Source of the DNA: Sulfurimonas sp.
GTDB lineage: Bacteria; Campylobacterota; Campylobacteria; Campylobacterales; Sulfurimonadaceae
NCBI RefSeq assembly: GCF_019429335.1
Contig: NZ_JAHYJB010000002.1
Span: 62,343-126,342, forward strand
Direction: 5' to 3'
Length of the DNA stretch: 64,000 nucleotides
Shown here: piece by piece, positions 1 to 10,271 of the stretch
Numbering within the stretch: position 1 is the first letter of the stretch
Layout: each line of letters begins with the position of its first letter
Program-made: the position numbers and the translations under genes
The notes under the pieces: generated by a model
What the model was told of the DNA's origin: nothing
The model's input: the letters and a program-made list of their open reading frames with translations, nothing else
Databases searched by the model: none

Positions 1-1905
1 GCTTTGTACATATGTTGCATCAAACAAGTTGTTTACACCGATTGTTATATCTGCATGCTTATTGATGGCATGTTTGATTTTTGCATTGTAGATGCTCCAT
101 CCGCTAAGCTCCTGCTCGCCATTGTCGCTGTCTATCGTATCCCATCTCTCAGATGCTTGCATCTCAAGAGTTACTTTAGAGTCGTTCATGTACTCATAGT
201 TAAATGCAACGCTTCCTCTAAGCGGTGCAATATCAGCCAAATCTCTATCACTTTGAGTTGGAGTAGATGCTTTTTTGCCTCTTTTGTATGATGCGCCGGC
301 GTCTATCGTCATGTTGTCGCTTAAAAAGTATGAACCGCTTAGTTCGGCACCGTAAACTGTAGCATCAATATTTTCAAAAGCGTATGTTGTTGCGCCTGTT
401 TTTTTGAGATAGATATAGTCTTCAAGTATTGAATAAAAAGTCTTTGCTTTAAATGTAAAGTTGTCGTATGAAGCCTCATAACCCAAATCAATCTCTCTGT
501 TTTTCGTCTGTTTTAGCTCATCATTTCCTGTAATGTTATCAACCACAGGATATAGTTCTCTTGCATCAGGTACACGCGCGGCAGAACCAAAACCTACAAA
601 AACAGAGTTCTGTTCATCAAGAGAGTATGTTGCAATAATGTTTGCGCTCATAGCGTTATAGTTGTTCTCTGCTTTTGTTGCATCATCCGGCGTTATATCT
701 GTTGTATCAAATCTGGCACCAGCTTTTAGGTTAAGCGCGCCAAATTTTTTCTCTAACGTTGCAAAGAGAGCCTTGTTGTCTGTTTGAGTATGAGTTAAAC
801 TTGTTTGGATAGATGCAGGGTTTATTACGCCTGTAGTCGCATTTGTACTGTACTTTTCACCCTCCCAAGTTCTCTTGCTTCCGTCAATGCCTACAAGCAG
901 TTTGTATGAATCTATATCGAAACTGTTTTTGAGCTTAACGCCCTGCATAGATGTCTTTAAGTGATTTGTATTATAGCTTGGCAAACCGCTCATTCTAAAT
1001 TTGGTATCCATGGGATGGTCAACATCGGAGTAGTAGTATTGGATGTTAAAGTTTTCGTAGCTGTTTGAGAGATTGTCTATATTGTACTCAATGCTGTAGA
1101 TGTTAGAGTCATCATATGCAGCGTCCATTTTTGAGTTGGCATAAAGCACGTCATCGCTTCTGTTGCCGGTATAACTCAAGCGCAACTCTTGGTCTTCTAG
1201 AGTTTTTACAAAAAGTTTTGTCATGATACTTTTTTTCGTATAAGCATCAATATCATGGTACTGTGGTTGGAATTTAGTTTTTTGAAGCTGCGCATTTGCA
1301 GGATATAGTGCTGCGTAATTGTCAATTTGCTCTGCTAATGTATTCCCATCACCGTCTTTATATTGTCCGCTGGATTCATGTGATGCGCTGATAAGTGCGC
1401 GAACGGTTTCTGTGCCGCCGCTAATAGTTGCGCCGATTTTTTTATAACCCCAGCTTCCAAGACCAAATGTCACCTCCATGTGAGGCTCTTTAGTCGGTTT
1501 TTTGGTCTTGATTTTAAGTCCGCCGCTCATTGTTCCGAAGTTTTCTACATCGTAAGGACCCTCGATTACCTCTATCTCATCTATTTGGCTGGCAAGAATG
1601 TGAGAAACAGGCGGGTCCATTCTGTTTACACATGCGCCACAAACTTTTGTTCCGTCAACTTCAACAGAGATGTTGTCTCTTTTTTGACCTCGAATGTAGA
1701 TATCATTTGCAATACCGCTGCGGCGGTTCATATCTATGCTAGGCACACTAGAGCTTAGCGCTTGAGCCAAATCGGCAGAGAGTTGAGCATTTTGGCTAAC
1801 TTCCGTAACAACAGTAGACTCAACGCTTATTTTAGGAAGTTCAATTTCATTTGCGCTTAAAACCGCAACGGCTACAATTGAGAGGGGAATAATTTTTCTG
1901 TACAT
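1..1905 (-). CDS. TonB-dependent receptor, OprC/NosA copper-receptor type (3' end runs off the window)
   Basis: Hand translation from ATG at 1905 (AAGG upstream): MYRKIIPLSIVAVAVLSANEIELPKISV...IYIRGQKRDNISVEVDGTKVCGACVNRMDPPVSH (plug with CxxxM). The same frame near base 1 reads ITIGVNNLFDATYVQS, a TonB barrel C-terminal motif. Missing from the ORF track because there is no stop in the window. Confidence 0.88.
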   Translation of the reverse strand, partial: MYRKIIPLSIVAVAVLSANEIELPKISVESTVVTEVSQNAQLSADLAQALSSSVPSIDMNRRSGIANDIYIRGQKRDNISVEVDGTKVCGACVNRMDPPVSHILASQIDEIEVIEGPYDVENFGTMSGGLKIKTKKPTKEPHMEVTFGLGSWGYKKIGATISGGTETVRALISASHESSGQYKDGDGNTLAEQIDNYAALYPANAQLQKTKFQPQYHDIDAYTKKSIMTKLFVKTLEDQELRLSYTGNRSDDVLYANSKMDAAYDDSNIYSIEYNIDNLSNSYENFNIQYYYSDVDHPMDTKFRMSGLPSYNTNHLKTSMQGVKLKNSFDIDSYKLLVGIDGSKRTWEGEKYSTNATTGVINPASIQTSLTHTQTDNKALFATLEKKFGALNLKAGARFDTTDITPDDATKAENNYNAMSANIIATYSLDEQNSVFVGFGSAARVPDARELYPVVDNITGNDELKQTKNREIDLGYEASYDNFTFKAKTFYSILEDYIYLKKTGATTYAFENIDATVYGAELSGSYFLSDNMTIDAGASYKRGKKASTPTQSDRDLADIAPLRGSVAFNYEYMNDSKVTLEMQASERWDTIDSDNGEQELSGWSIYNAKIKHAINKHADITIGVNNLFDATYVQS

Positions 1906-1937
1906 ATATAATAAACCTTAATTATTTAGATTAGTTG

Positions 1938-1970
1938 ATTGTATATGGTTTGTGTTACAAAAATGTTAAT
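1938..1970 (-). promoter_or_regulatory. Putative promoter of the TonB receptor with an 11-bp-period direct repeat over the -35 region
   Basis: TGTTACA (1953-1959) and TGTTAAT (1964-1970) are 11 bp apart; a minus-strand TACAAT -10 lies at 1938-1943. Confidence 0.4.
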
Positions 1971-2000
1971 TTTTTAAAGCAGATGTGATAAAATTCCGCC

Positions 2001-2141
2001 ATGAGTAAAATAGAAAAAATAAAACGAATAATATTGATAATTTTAGGTTTAAGCCTTTCGGCTTATTTGATGTATAGCGGCTTTGCCATCTTAGGAGAGT
2101 CGGACTCCGTCGGCAAAGTTCATGGTGACACAGTGAAGTGA
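2001..2141 (+). CDS. Small 46-aa single-pass membrane protein, probably leaderless
   Basis: MSKIEKIKRIILIILGLSLSAYLMYSGFAILGESDSVGKVHGDTVK. Basic N-terminus followed by a hydrophobic helix; TG-A-TAAAAT (1986-1994) ends 6 nt before the ATG. Confidence 0.5.
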   Translation: MSKIEKIKRIILIILGLSLSAYLMYSGFAILGESDSVGKVHGDTVK

Positions 2142-3086
2142 GCCGTGCTGTTTTATGAGTGAGAAGCAGTTGATGCCTATGATATCTTTGTCTGGAAATG
2201 TTTCTCTAAAGATTTCTAACGCTTCTTCATCTTGTTTAACTCCGTAAGTAGGGACTAAAACAGCGCCGTTTACAAACAAAAAGTTTGCGTATGTAGCTGG
2301 GAGTCTCTCACCCTCGAAGTAACAAGCATCGCTCATCGGGAGTGCTATAAGCCTGTATCCGTACTCCTTAGAGAATGCCATCAGTTCATCCTCCATAAGT
2401 TTTAACGCATCAAAGTGCTCATCAGCTGCATCGTCGCATTTGACATACATAATACTTTTTTCATCAATAAATCTCGCCAAAGTATCTACATGTGAGTCTG
2501 TATCATCGCCTGCCAAGTAGCCGTTATTTAGATATAAAATCCTGCTCATGCCGAACTCTTCTTGAAGTTTCTTGGTCATCTGATCTTTTTTAAGAGAGGC
2601 ATTTCTGTTTTTGTTAAGTACGCACTCAGAAGTTGTAAGTATCGTATCTACGCCGTTGCTCTCAATGGCACCGCCCTCTAAGATAAGGTCTATCTTTTTA
2701 AGCTCTTTGTCGTAGCATCTTTTTATTGCGCTGCTCATTGCGTCGTCTTTTGAGGCTTCAAATTTTGAGCCCCAGCCAGTAAATGTAAAATCAAGCAGTT
2801 TTACGGTGTTGCTCTCTTCAATGCAGAGAGTTGAACAATCCCTTGCCCAAGTGTCGTTTGTTTCATACTCGACAAAATAGAGGTTCTTGGTATCTTTAAA
2901 TCTGCTCTTTACGTCCTCAACACTGTCGCACACAACAAGGCACTCCTGATATTTTGTAATAGCGTTTATGATGTTTACGAAAGTCTCCTGAGCCTCTTCT
3001 AAATACTCTACCCAGTCACTCTTTGCGTGCGGAAATATAATTTGTGTAAAACTCTGTTTTTCAAACTCTGCTATTAGCCTTTTCAT
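2091..3086 (-). CDS. aguA: Agmatine deiminase / peptidylarginine deiminase family protein
   Basis: Motifs DTWARD, LEGGAIESNG, DDTDSHVD and GSLHCVT (catalytic Cys). Confidence 0.85.
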   Translation of the reverse strand: MKRLIAEFEKQSFTQIIFPHAKSDWVEYLEEAQETFVNIINAITKYQECLVVCDSVEDVKSRFKDTKNLYFVEYETNDTWARDCSTLCIEESNTVKLLDFTFTGWGSKFEASKDDAMSSAIKRCYDKELKKIDLILEGGAIESNGVDTILTTSECVLNKNRNASLKKDQMTKKLQEEFGMSRILYLNNGYLAGDDTDSHVDTLARFIDEKSIMYVKCDDAADEHFDALKLMEDELMAFSKEYGYRLIALPMSDACYFEGERLPATYANFLFVNGAVLVPTYGVKQDEEALEIFRETFPDKDIIGINCFSLIKQHGSLHCVTMNFADGVRLS

Positions 3087-3101
3087 CTGATATAATTCCT
3101 T

Positions 3102-4127
3102 ATGGCTTATATAATTTTAAATAAAAATAATTTTTTTAATAATCTCGACATTATCGCTAAAAGTACCAAAGGAAGAGATAAAATAGCTCTTGTTTTAAAA
3201 GATAATGCGTATGGACACGGGCTCCTTGAAATGGCTTCTATGGCAAAAGAGTATGGTGTGGAAAAAGCGGTTGTGCGCACTATAGAAGAGGCACAAAAGA
3301 TAGAGAGTTTTTTTGAATATATTTTGGTTTTGGGCAGGACTCAAACGGCTCTGAAAAGTCAAAAGATAAGATATACGATAAACGATATAGCGTCCATAGA
3401 TAAGTTTGAGCATGGCACAAAGGTGGAGCTAAAAGTTGACACCGGCATGCACCGCAACGGCATAGCCATGAGTGAGCTTGAAGAGGCTTTTTCGAAAATT
3501 AAAGAGGCAGGATTGATACTCGAAGCCGTCTTTACGCATCATAGAAGCTCGGATGAGCTTACAAGCGAGTGGTTTTGGCAAAAAGAGAATTTTGTGAATG
3601 TTAAAGAAAAGTCCCGTGAATTGGCTCTTGAGTTTGGTTTTGGCTCTCTTAGATTTCACTCCTCAAACTCCGCTTCACTTTTTAGGCAACTAGATTTTGA
3701 CGAAGATATGGCAAGAGTCGGAATAGCGGCTTACGGCTGTATAGAAGTGCCCGATGCGCTACATTTAAAAGAGTTAAAACCCGTCTTGTCTCTTTGGGCC
3801 TCTAGAGTCTCAACAAGAGAGATAAAAGCCGGTGATAGGGTAGGTTACGGCGGCGACTACGTTGCCGCAGAAGATTGCGTACTCGGCAACTATGATTTTG
3901 GTTATGGGGACGGCTTTTTAAGAGCATGTGCGTGCGGTTATAAAACTCCAGATGGAGCAGAGCTTGTAGGCAGAATCTCTATGGATAACAGCACGTTTAA
4001 AAGCGATAAAGAGAAAATTTTGGTTTTTGACGATGCAAGAGATGTCGCACTGTTTGCCAAAACTATAAGCTACGAGGTTTTGACCTCTTTAAAACCTGAG
4101 ATTAAGAGAACGGTTGCTGAATTTTGA
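3102..4127 (+). CDS. alr: Alanine racemase
   Basis: VLKDNAYGHG (PLP Lys), KVDTGMHRNG, GYGDG, GRISMD. Confidence 0.95.
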   Translation: MAYIILNKNNFFNNLDIIAKSTKGRDKIALVLKDNAYGHGLLEMASMAKEYGVEKAVVRTIEEAQKIESFFEYILVLGRTQTALKSQKIRYTINDIASIDKFEHGTKVELKVDTGMHRNGIAMSELEEAFSKIKEAGLILEAVFTHHRSSDELTSEWFWQKENFVNVKEKSRELALEFGFGSLRFHSSNSASLFRQLDFDEDMARVGIAAYGCIEVPDALHLKELKPVLSLWASRVSTREIKAGDRVGYGGDYVAAEDCVLGNYDFGYGDGFLRACACGYKTPDGAELVGRISMDNSTFKSDKEKILVFDDARDVALFAKTISYEVLTSLKPEIKRTVAEF

Positions 4128-4157
4128 TTTTTGATTGTAGATTTTGTTATCCCAGAA

Positions 4158-4550
4158 TCATGAATTAATTTTTATGATTGCGCTTGAGAATATAATACCG
4201 TCAACCCCAAGAAGTGCTAACTCCTCAATTTCATCCTCATTTTCAATCATAACCAATATCTTTGCATCAAAAAGATAGTTTTCAGCTACGTTTTGAGCGG
4301 TTTTTGCCAATGCTTTTTCCACAACTATATAAGAGGCGCCAAAAGATGAAGCATAAAGCAGTTCAGCGATGTTTTTTACCTCTATCGCGGTAGACATCAA
4401 GTTTAGAAGAGCGTGGTTCATTATGTCTAGATTTGCTTCGCTAAACTCAATGTATAGAGTCGAAGATGGAGGCGTGTTTTGTATAGCCTCAATGTTAGAG
4501 ATGTGGTAGAAACTCTCGCTCTCTATAAATCTGTGTCCAAAAAATATCAT
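4158..4550 (-). CDS. Conserved hypothetical protein (Campylobacterota)
   Basis: Open frame; likely start MIFFGHRFI at 4550, overlapping the upstream stop (ATGA). Confidence 0.7.
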   Translation of the reverse strand: MIFFGHRFIESESFYHISNIEAIQNTPPSSTLYIEFSEANLDIMNHALLNLMSTAIEVKNIAELLYASSFGASYIVVEKALAKTAQNVAENYLFDAKILVMIENEDEIEELALLGVDGIIFSSAIIKINS

Positions 4551-4780
4551 TTTCTTTTCTCCAAACACTCTTTGGAGCAGTAGTATTTGCCGTTGCTTAA
4601 AAGCGCATCCTCAAGAGAGCAGTAAATTTTACATGCAGAACACTCTACCATCTCGTCACTTTGGATTTCATCTCTTTTTTTTGCATCTTGATTTTTGTTT
4701 TGCACCTGCGGTTTTTTCTTTATAAATATAAAGTAAACTACAGCAATTAAAACAATAACAACAATCCATTGAGGGCTCAT
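4547..4780 (-). CDS. PP0621-like small membrane-anchored Cys-cluster protein
   Basis: N-terminal TM helix, then [10 protein letters not shown]...YYCSKEC; ATGA-coupled to rsmG. Confidence 0.75.
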   Translation of the reverse strand: MSPQWIVVIVLIAVVYFIFIKKKPQVQNKNQDAKKRDEIQSDEMVECSACKIYCSLEDALLSNGKYYCSKECLEKRK

Positions 4781-5358
4781 AAATCTTCTCCGATAAGTAA
4801 ATAGTGTCTGTTTTGCGTTTTTATAATTTTGTGTTTTAAATTATGGGGGACTTCATCATAGACTCTCTCTCCTTTGTAAAAAAGAAGTTTTGAATCTGTG
4901 TCGCGAAAATTTTTGCTTAGTTCAAGAAGCATTCTTGTGTCTATTACCGCTCTTGAGGTTACTAGCTCAAAAATCTCACTCTGCATCTCCTCGACCCTCT
5001 TTTGTACCACTTTTACATTATCAAGCCCCAAGTCGGCTTTTATAAATTGCAAAAAACTCGCTCGCTTTGCCAAAGGTTCTACGAGAGTTACTTTAGTCTC
5101 CGGGAGTCCCATTGCTAAAATTAGACCCGGAAAACCTGCACCCGTACCGATGTCTAGTAGATTTTTGTATTTTGGCAGAAAAGTTATAGGGAAAATTGAG
5201 TCATATATAAACTCATCAATAGTCCTCTCATCTTTTGCGCCGGTTAAGTTGTGAATCTTGTTCCATTTAAAGAGATGCTCTTTATATTTTTGAATATTGT
5301 GAAAAAAGTTCTCAGGCAACTCTATCTTTTGCTCTAGAAGCGCGGTTTTTAAATTCAA
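4777..5358 (-). CDS. rsmG: 16S rRNA m7G527 methyltransferase
   Basis: [27 protein letters not shown]; probable TTG start at 5358 with AAGGA 7 nt upstream. Confidence 0.93.
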   Translation of the reverse strand: MNLKTALLEQKIELPENFFHNIQKYKEHLFKWNKIHNLTGAKDERTIDEFIYDSIFPITFLPKYKNLLDIGTGAGFPGLILAMGLPETKVTLVEPLAKRASFLQFIKADLGLDNVKVVQKRVEEMQSEIFELVTSRAVIDTRMLLELSKNFRDTDSKLLFYKGERVYDEVPHNLKHKIIKTQNRHYLLIGEDL

Positions 5359-5374
5359 AAATATATCCTTTTTT

Positions 5375-5938
5375 TTAAAGCAGGTGCCCCATGTCATCTT
5401 TTTTTACGTTTAAATAAGCTTCGTTATACTTATTTGACTTCATAACTATCGGTAATCTCTCTACTATCTCTATGCTGCTGATAGATTTAATCTTGTCAGG
5501 ATTGTTAGTAAGAAGCTTTATTTTATGTATATTGAAATGGTGTAGAATAAACGTTACCATCTCATAGGTGCGCTCATCGGCTCCAAAGCCGAGCTGATGG
5601 TTTGCTTCTATGGTGTTTAGTCCTTTGTCTTGGAGGGCGTAGGCGTTTATCTTGTTTAAAAGTCCGATATTGCGCCCCTCTTGCCTTAGATATATAACCA
5701 TCCCGTTTATTTGCGAAACAAGCGTTAGTGCATATTCAAGCTGTGCGCCACAGTCACATTTCAAACTTCCAAGAGCATCGCCTGTTAAACACTCAGAGTG
5801 TACTCTTACTACAGGAATTTCGTCTAAATTTTCTTTAAAAATTACAAGATGTTCTTTGTTGCCCTCTTTAAAAGCTTTTACTTTAAAATCACCGAATCTT
5901 GTCGGTAAATTTGCTACTTCTGAAATCTTTATGTTCAA
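5375..5938 (-). CDS. ribA: GTP cyclohydrolase II
   Basis: [40 protein letters not shown]. Confidence 0.96.
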   Translation of the reverse strand: MNIKISEVANLPTRFGDFKVKAFKEGNKEHLVIFKENLDEIPVVRVHSECLTGDALGSLKCDCGAQLEYALTLVSQINGMVIYLRQEGRNIGLLNKINAYALQDKGLNTIEANHQLGFGADERTYEMVTFILHHFNIHKIKLLTNNPDKIKSISSIEIVERLPIVMKSNKYNEAYLNVKKDDMGHLL

Positions 5939-6008
5939 TTAATGTACCCTAATTTTAACTTTAAAACGGTAAAATATTTTTCAAAATTATAGCTAAAAAG
6001 GTTTAATA

Positions 6009-6980
6009 ATGTTTCAAAGATTTCGTAGGACTCGTTTAAATGGTCATCTTCGCTCACTTGTTCGTGAAACAAGTGTAAGCGTAAACGATTTTATCTATCC
6101 GCTTTTTGTCCGTTCGGGTGAGGGTATTAAAACCGAGGTTGCATCTATGCCGGGAGTTTTTCAGATGAGTATTGATGAGGTTTTGAAGGAGTGTGAGGAG
6201 CTGAAAAAACTTGGGCTTTACGCAATTATACTTTTTGGAATCCCTGATGTAAAAGACTCTATCGGCTCGGACTCTTTGTGCGAACACGGGATAATAGCAA
6301 AAGCCATCAGGGCTATAAAAAAATCCCATCCCGAGATGTTCGTGGTAACTGATTTGTGTTTTTGCGAATATACAGAGCACGGACACTGCGGAATTATAGA
6401 TGAGAAACTTCAAACCGTAAACAATGACGCTACACTTAAAATTTCCGCGCAACAAGCAATTATTCATGCAAAAGCGGGAGCTGACATGATAGCGCCATCT
6501 GGAATGATGGACGGAATTATACAAACACTCAGAGAGGCGCTTGATGGGGCAGGATATGAAAATCTACCTATTATGAGCTATTCGACAAAATTTGCTTCGG
6601 GCTACTATGGACCGTTTCGTGACGTAGCAGAATCAACGCCTACTTTTGGTGACCGTGCCTCTTACCAGATGGATCCTGCAAACAGAAGAGAAGCAGTTGC
6701 GGAGAGTATTTCAGATGAGCGTCAAGGTGCAGATATATTGATGGTAAAACCGGCTCTTGCCTACTTGGACATTGTTAGAGAGATAAAAGACAACACATCT
6801 CTTCCAATGGCGGTTTACAACGTAAGCGGCGAATATGCGATGCTAAAGTTTGCGGGAATGAATAACCTGATAGATTATAACAGAGTGCTAATGGAGACTA
6901 TGGTCAGCTTTAAGCGAGCAGGTGCGGATATTATTATCTCCTACCATGCAAAAGAGGTTGCAAAACTGTTACAAAAGTAA
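6009..6980 (+). CDS. hemB: Porphobilinogen synthase
   Basis: [40 protein letters not shown]. Confidence 0.97.
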   Translation: MFQRFRRTRLNGHLRSLVRETSVSVNDFIYPLFVRSGEGIKTEVASMPGVFQMSIDEVLKECEELKKLGLYAIILFGIPDVKDSIGSDSLCEHGIIAKAIRAIKKSHPEMFVVTDLCFCEYTEHGHCGIIDEKLQTVNNDATLKISAQQAIIHAKAGADMIAPSGMMDGIIQTLREALDGAGYENLPIMSYSTKFASGYYGPFRDVAESTPTFGDRASYQMDPANRREAVAESISDERQGADILMVKPALAYLDIVREIKDNTSLPMAVYNVSGEYAMLKFAGMNNLIDYNRVLMETMVSFKRAGADIIISYHAKEVAKLLQK

Positions 6981-7079
6981 CCCTTTGTCTTCCGTTGAAA
7001 AGTTTAAGATAACTTTTAGAAGCAATATTAAAGAAAATTACTATAGACTTAGGACTTATTTAAATTTTTGGGGAAAGAA

Positions 7080-8003
7080 TTGAGACATTTTTTAACGCTA
7101 AAAGATTTTAGCAGAGAAGAGATTTTAGAGATAATTGACATCGGGCTTGAGATTAAAAAAAATCTGAACTCAAAAATATATAACCATGAGCTGAAAAACC
7201 AGACTCTTGGGATGATATTTGAAAAAAGCTCCACAAGAACACGTGTGAGTTTTGAGGTTGGAATGTTTCAGCTCGGCGGACATGCACTTTTTCTCTCAAG
7301 CCGCGATATTCACTTAGGTCGCGGCGAGCCTGTAAAAGATACGGCGCGCGTAATCTCTAGCATGTGTGACATGGTTATGATAAGAACCTTTGAGCACTCT
7401 AAAATAGAGGAGTTCGCACGCTACTCAAAAGTTCCTGTTATAAACGGACTTACAGATTCATATCATCCGGTACAGCTTTTGGCGGATTATATGACTTTGG
7501 TCGAGTATGGCATGGAGAAAAATATTATTGCTGCCTATGTCGGTGATGGGAACAACATGACCCACTCCTGGATGATGCTTGCCGCAAAACTTGGCTTTGA
7601 ACTTAGAGTAGCTACTCCAAAGGGGTACGAAGTCGATGCTAAAATATTAGAAGAGGCACTTGCCTTTGCAAAAAAGAGCGGAGCGGTTATAAAGATTGTG
7701 AACGACCCAAAAGAGGCGATAAAGGGTGCAACGGTTGTTACGACCGACACATGGGTCTCCATGGGGCAAGAGGAAGAGAAAGAGGAGCGCATAAAGACTT
7801 TTAAAGGTTTTATGGTTGACGATGAGATGATGTCGCTTGCCAAAGAGGGTGCAAAATTTTTACACTGTCTTCCTGCATATAGAGGATTAGAGGTAAGCGA
7901 TAGCGTATTTGAAAAGCACTCCGAGATAATCTTCAATGAAGCCGAAAATAGGCTGCATGCTCAAAAGGGCTTAATGGTTTGGCTGGATAGAAAAAGAGGA
8001 TAA
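7080..8003 (+). CDS. argF: Ornithine carbamoyltransferase
   Basis: [27 protein letters not shown]; probable TTG start MRHFLTL at 7080. Confidence 0.96.
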   Translation: MRHFLTLKDFSREEILEIIDIGLEIKKNLNSKIYNHELKNQTLGMIFEKSSTRTRVSFEVGMFQLGGHALFLSSRDIHLGRGEPVKDTARVISSMCDMVMIRTFEHSKIEEFARYSKVPVINGLTDSYHPVQLLADYMTLVEYGMEKNIIAAYVGDGNNMTHSWMMLAAKLGFELRVATPKGYEVDAKILEEALAFAKKSGAVIKIVNDPKEAIKGATVVTTDTWVSMGQEEEKEERIKTFKGFMVDDEMMSLAKEGAKFLHCLPAYRGLEVSDSVFEKHSEIIFNEAENRLHAQKGLMVWLDRKRG

Positions 8004-9194
8004 ATGAAAAAATTATTAATTATTGCCATATTAGCAACAGTTGTGTTTGGAGCAAAGCCGGTTAAAATTGATGATAAATTTAAAGACTCAACAAAGTGTA
8101 AAGCATGCCATCTTCATATAGTAAATGAGTGGGAGCAATCTTGGCATGCAAAAAGCCATTATGAAAACAATGAATATTTTAGAGCTACTACGGAGTATGT
8201 AAGCAAAAAAACGAGAAAAAGCTTAAGCGGTGTGCAGGTAGAGTGCGCCGCATGCCATAATCCTAGGATATCTGTAACGAGTACGGGCATGGAACATGAG
8301 ATTTTATCTGTTATGGGGTTTGGTAAAAATTCAGAGGCCAAGAAAGCTCTGGAGAGTGATGTTATTAGTGAGGGTATAAATTGTGTTGTTTGTCACAATA
8401 TAGGTGTTATACACTCTGACAAAGATGATAAAGTCAGAGGGATAAACCGAGTTGAGTGGACAAAGTCCGGTGTAATGGTCGGGCCTTTTGATGATGCGAT
8501 GTCCCCGTATCATAAAGTTGAGCATAGAGACTATATGGATAAAGACCCAAATAAGCTCTGTTTTGTATGCCACGCAAATGACAGGTCCGTTTCTGATTTC
8601 GTTTTTGTAAATATGGAAAAAGAGTATGTTGAGGGCGGCAAGCTTTGCGTTGATTGCCACATGGGGTCAAAAAAACATGGTATAGCGGCAACTCTAAGAA
8701 TGGATAATAAAAAGCCAAAAGCCAGAGAAGTGAGAGGGCACGCATTTCCCGGTGCGCATACAGACACTATGTGGGAAGGAGCGCTAGATTTGGAGCTGCA
8801 GCTGAAGCAAAAAGAGATTTTTATATCTATTTTAAATTCAAATCCACATAACATACCTAGCGGTTTTGGCTCAAGAGAGATAGTTGCAGAACTTGTTTTT
8901 AAGAAGAAGGATAAGGTTTTAGAGACAAAAACACTCTCTTTGACGACTTATTATAAAGATAAAAGAGGCAAAGCGACAATTCCACATCTTGCCGTGAGCT
9001 CTTCTGATGATTTGAGTGTTCCTGCTAATCGAAAGAAAGTGCTAAAGACTCCAACTCAAAAGGGAGCAGATAGAGTTGAGGTGACACTCTATTACCGTCT
9101 TGTAAATAGTGAAGTTCACTCTCTATTAAAATTGGGTGAACCTATTTGGTCACAAAAATTCTTTATAGCATCTAAATCAATATCTTTAAACTAA
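8004..9194 (+). CDS. Periplasmic pentaheme c-type cytochrome (cytochrome c554/c552_4-like)
   Basis: Signal peptide plus five CxxCH motifs (CKACH, CAACH, CVVCH, CFVCH, CVDCH); C-terminal heme-free domain after GHAFPGAH. Confidence 0.88.
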   Translation: MKKLLIIAILATVVFGAKPVKIDDKFKDSTKCKACHLHIVNEWEQSWHAKSHYENNEYFRATTEYVSKKTRKSLSGVQVECAACHNPRISVTSTGMEHEILSVMGFGKNSEAKKALESDVISEGINCVVCHNIGVIHSDKDDKVRGINRVEWTKSGVMVGPFDDAMSPYHKVEHRDYMDKDPNKLCFVCHANDRSVSDFVFVNMEKEYVEGGKLCVDCHMGSKKHGIAATLRMDNKKPKAREVRGHAFPGAHTDTMWEGALDLELQLKQKEIFISILNSNPHNIPSGFGSREIVAELVFKKKDKVLETKTLSLTTYYKDKRGKATIPHLAVSSSDDLSVPANRKKVLKTPTQKGADRVEVTLYYRLVNSEVHSLLKLGEPIWSQKFFIASKSISLN

Positions 9195-10156
9195 TATTTT
9201 ATTCCCGTAGCGCTTCTTATCTTCTCAATGGCAGGGAGCGCTATCTCTCTTGCTTTGGCTGCGCCTGCCTTTAAAATCTCTCTAACCTCGTCCTGATGAG
9301 CTTCGAAGTACTCTCTCTTTTCTCTAAACTCTCTAAAATACTCCCACATTATCTCTCCGAGATAAACCTTGAAATGACCATGCCCCTCGCCGCCACTTTT
9401 ATATCTCTCTTGAAGCGCTTTTAAATTATCACCCTCCAAGAAGAGTTTTGCCATATTGTAAACATTACATGTCTCATACTCTTTTGGCTCTTCTAGCGCT
9501 ACATTCTGTGTAACTATTTTTTTTATCACCTTTAGCTGCTCCATCTCTTCGCCAAATATATTTACAACATTTTTGTAGCTCTTTGACATCTTCTGCCCGT
9601 CAATCCCAGGAACGGTGGCTACTTCCTCTTGAACTCTAAACTCTGGAACGGTTAATATCTCTCCGTATTGGTTGTTAAATTTGATAGCGATATCTCTAGC
9701 AATTTCAACATGTTGAATCTGGTCTTTTCCTACAGGAACAACATCTGAGTTAAAGAGCAGAATATCTGCCGCCATCAAAACAGGATATGAAAAAAGTGAG
9801 TGGTTTGCAGCGATCCCTTTTGCAGTTTTATCCTTGTAGCTATGCGCACGCTCTAACAGACCCATAGGCGTAAAGGATGAGAGAATCCAGTATAGTTCAA
9901 GCACCTCTTTGACATCTGATTGAACCCAGAAAACTGATTTTTGAGGATCTATGCCAAGCGCCAAAAAGTCTGTTGCGCACTGCATTGTCAGCTCGCCAAG
10001 ACGTTTACCGTCACTTACACTCGTCATGGCATGGTAGTTTGCAATAAAAGCAAAGGTTTTGCTTCGTGACTGAGCTTCTACCATCTGTTTTATCGAACCG
10101 AAATAGTTTCCGATGTGCAAATCGCCCGAGGGCTGAATACCTGTTAAAACTCTCAT
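9191..10156 (-). CDS. trpS: Tryptophanyl-tRNA synthetase
   Basis: TGIQPSGDLHIGNY (HIGH motif), VPVGKDQIQH, KMSKS. Confidence 0.97.
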   Translation of the reverse strand: MRVLTGIQPSGDLHIGNYFGSIKQMVEAQSRSKTFAFIANYHAMTSVSDGKRLGELTMQCATDFLALGIDPQKSVFWVQSDVKEVLELYWILSSFTPMGLLERAHSYKDKTAKGIAANHSLFSYPVLMAADILLFNSDVVPVGKDQIQHVEIARDIAIKFNNQYGEILTVPEFRVQEEVATVPGIDGQKMSKSYKNVVNIFGEEMEQLKVIKKIVTQNVALEEPKEYETCNVYNMAKLFLEGDNLKALQERYKSGGEGHGHFKVYLGEIMWEYFREFREKREYFEAHQDEVREILKAGAAKAREIALPAIEKIRSATGIKY

Positions 10157-10271
10157 TAATATAACTCCAAAATTTCTAAATATTTATCTGTGGTATTATA
10201 CATTTTTTAGCTTTATTTCGATATGATTAAATGAAATATGGTAGTCAAAACTGCCCAAAAAAGGATTTATT

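Noticed and set aside
4-1758. Plus-strand ORFs 4..291, 1480..1758 and 1530..1742
   Set aside because: Antisense shadows of the TonB receptor, whose minus-strand frame carries clear family motifs.
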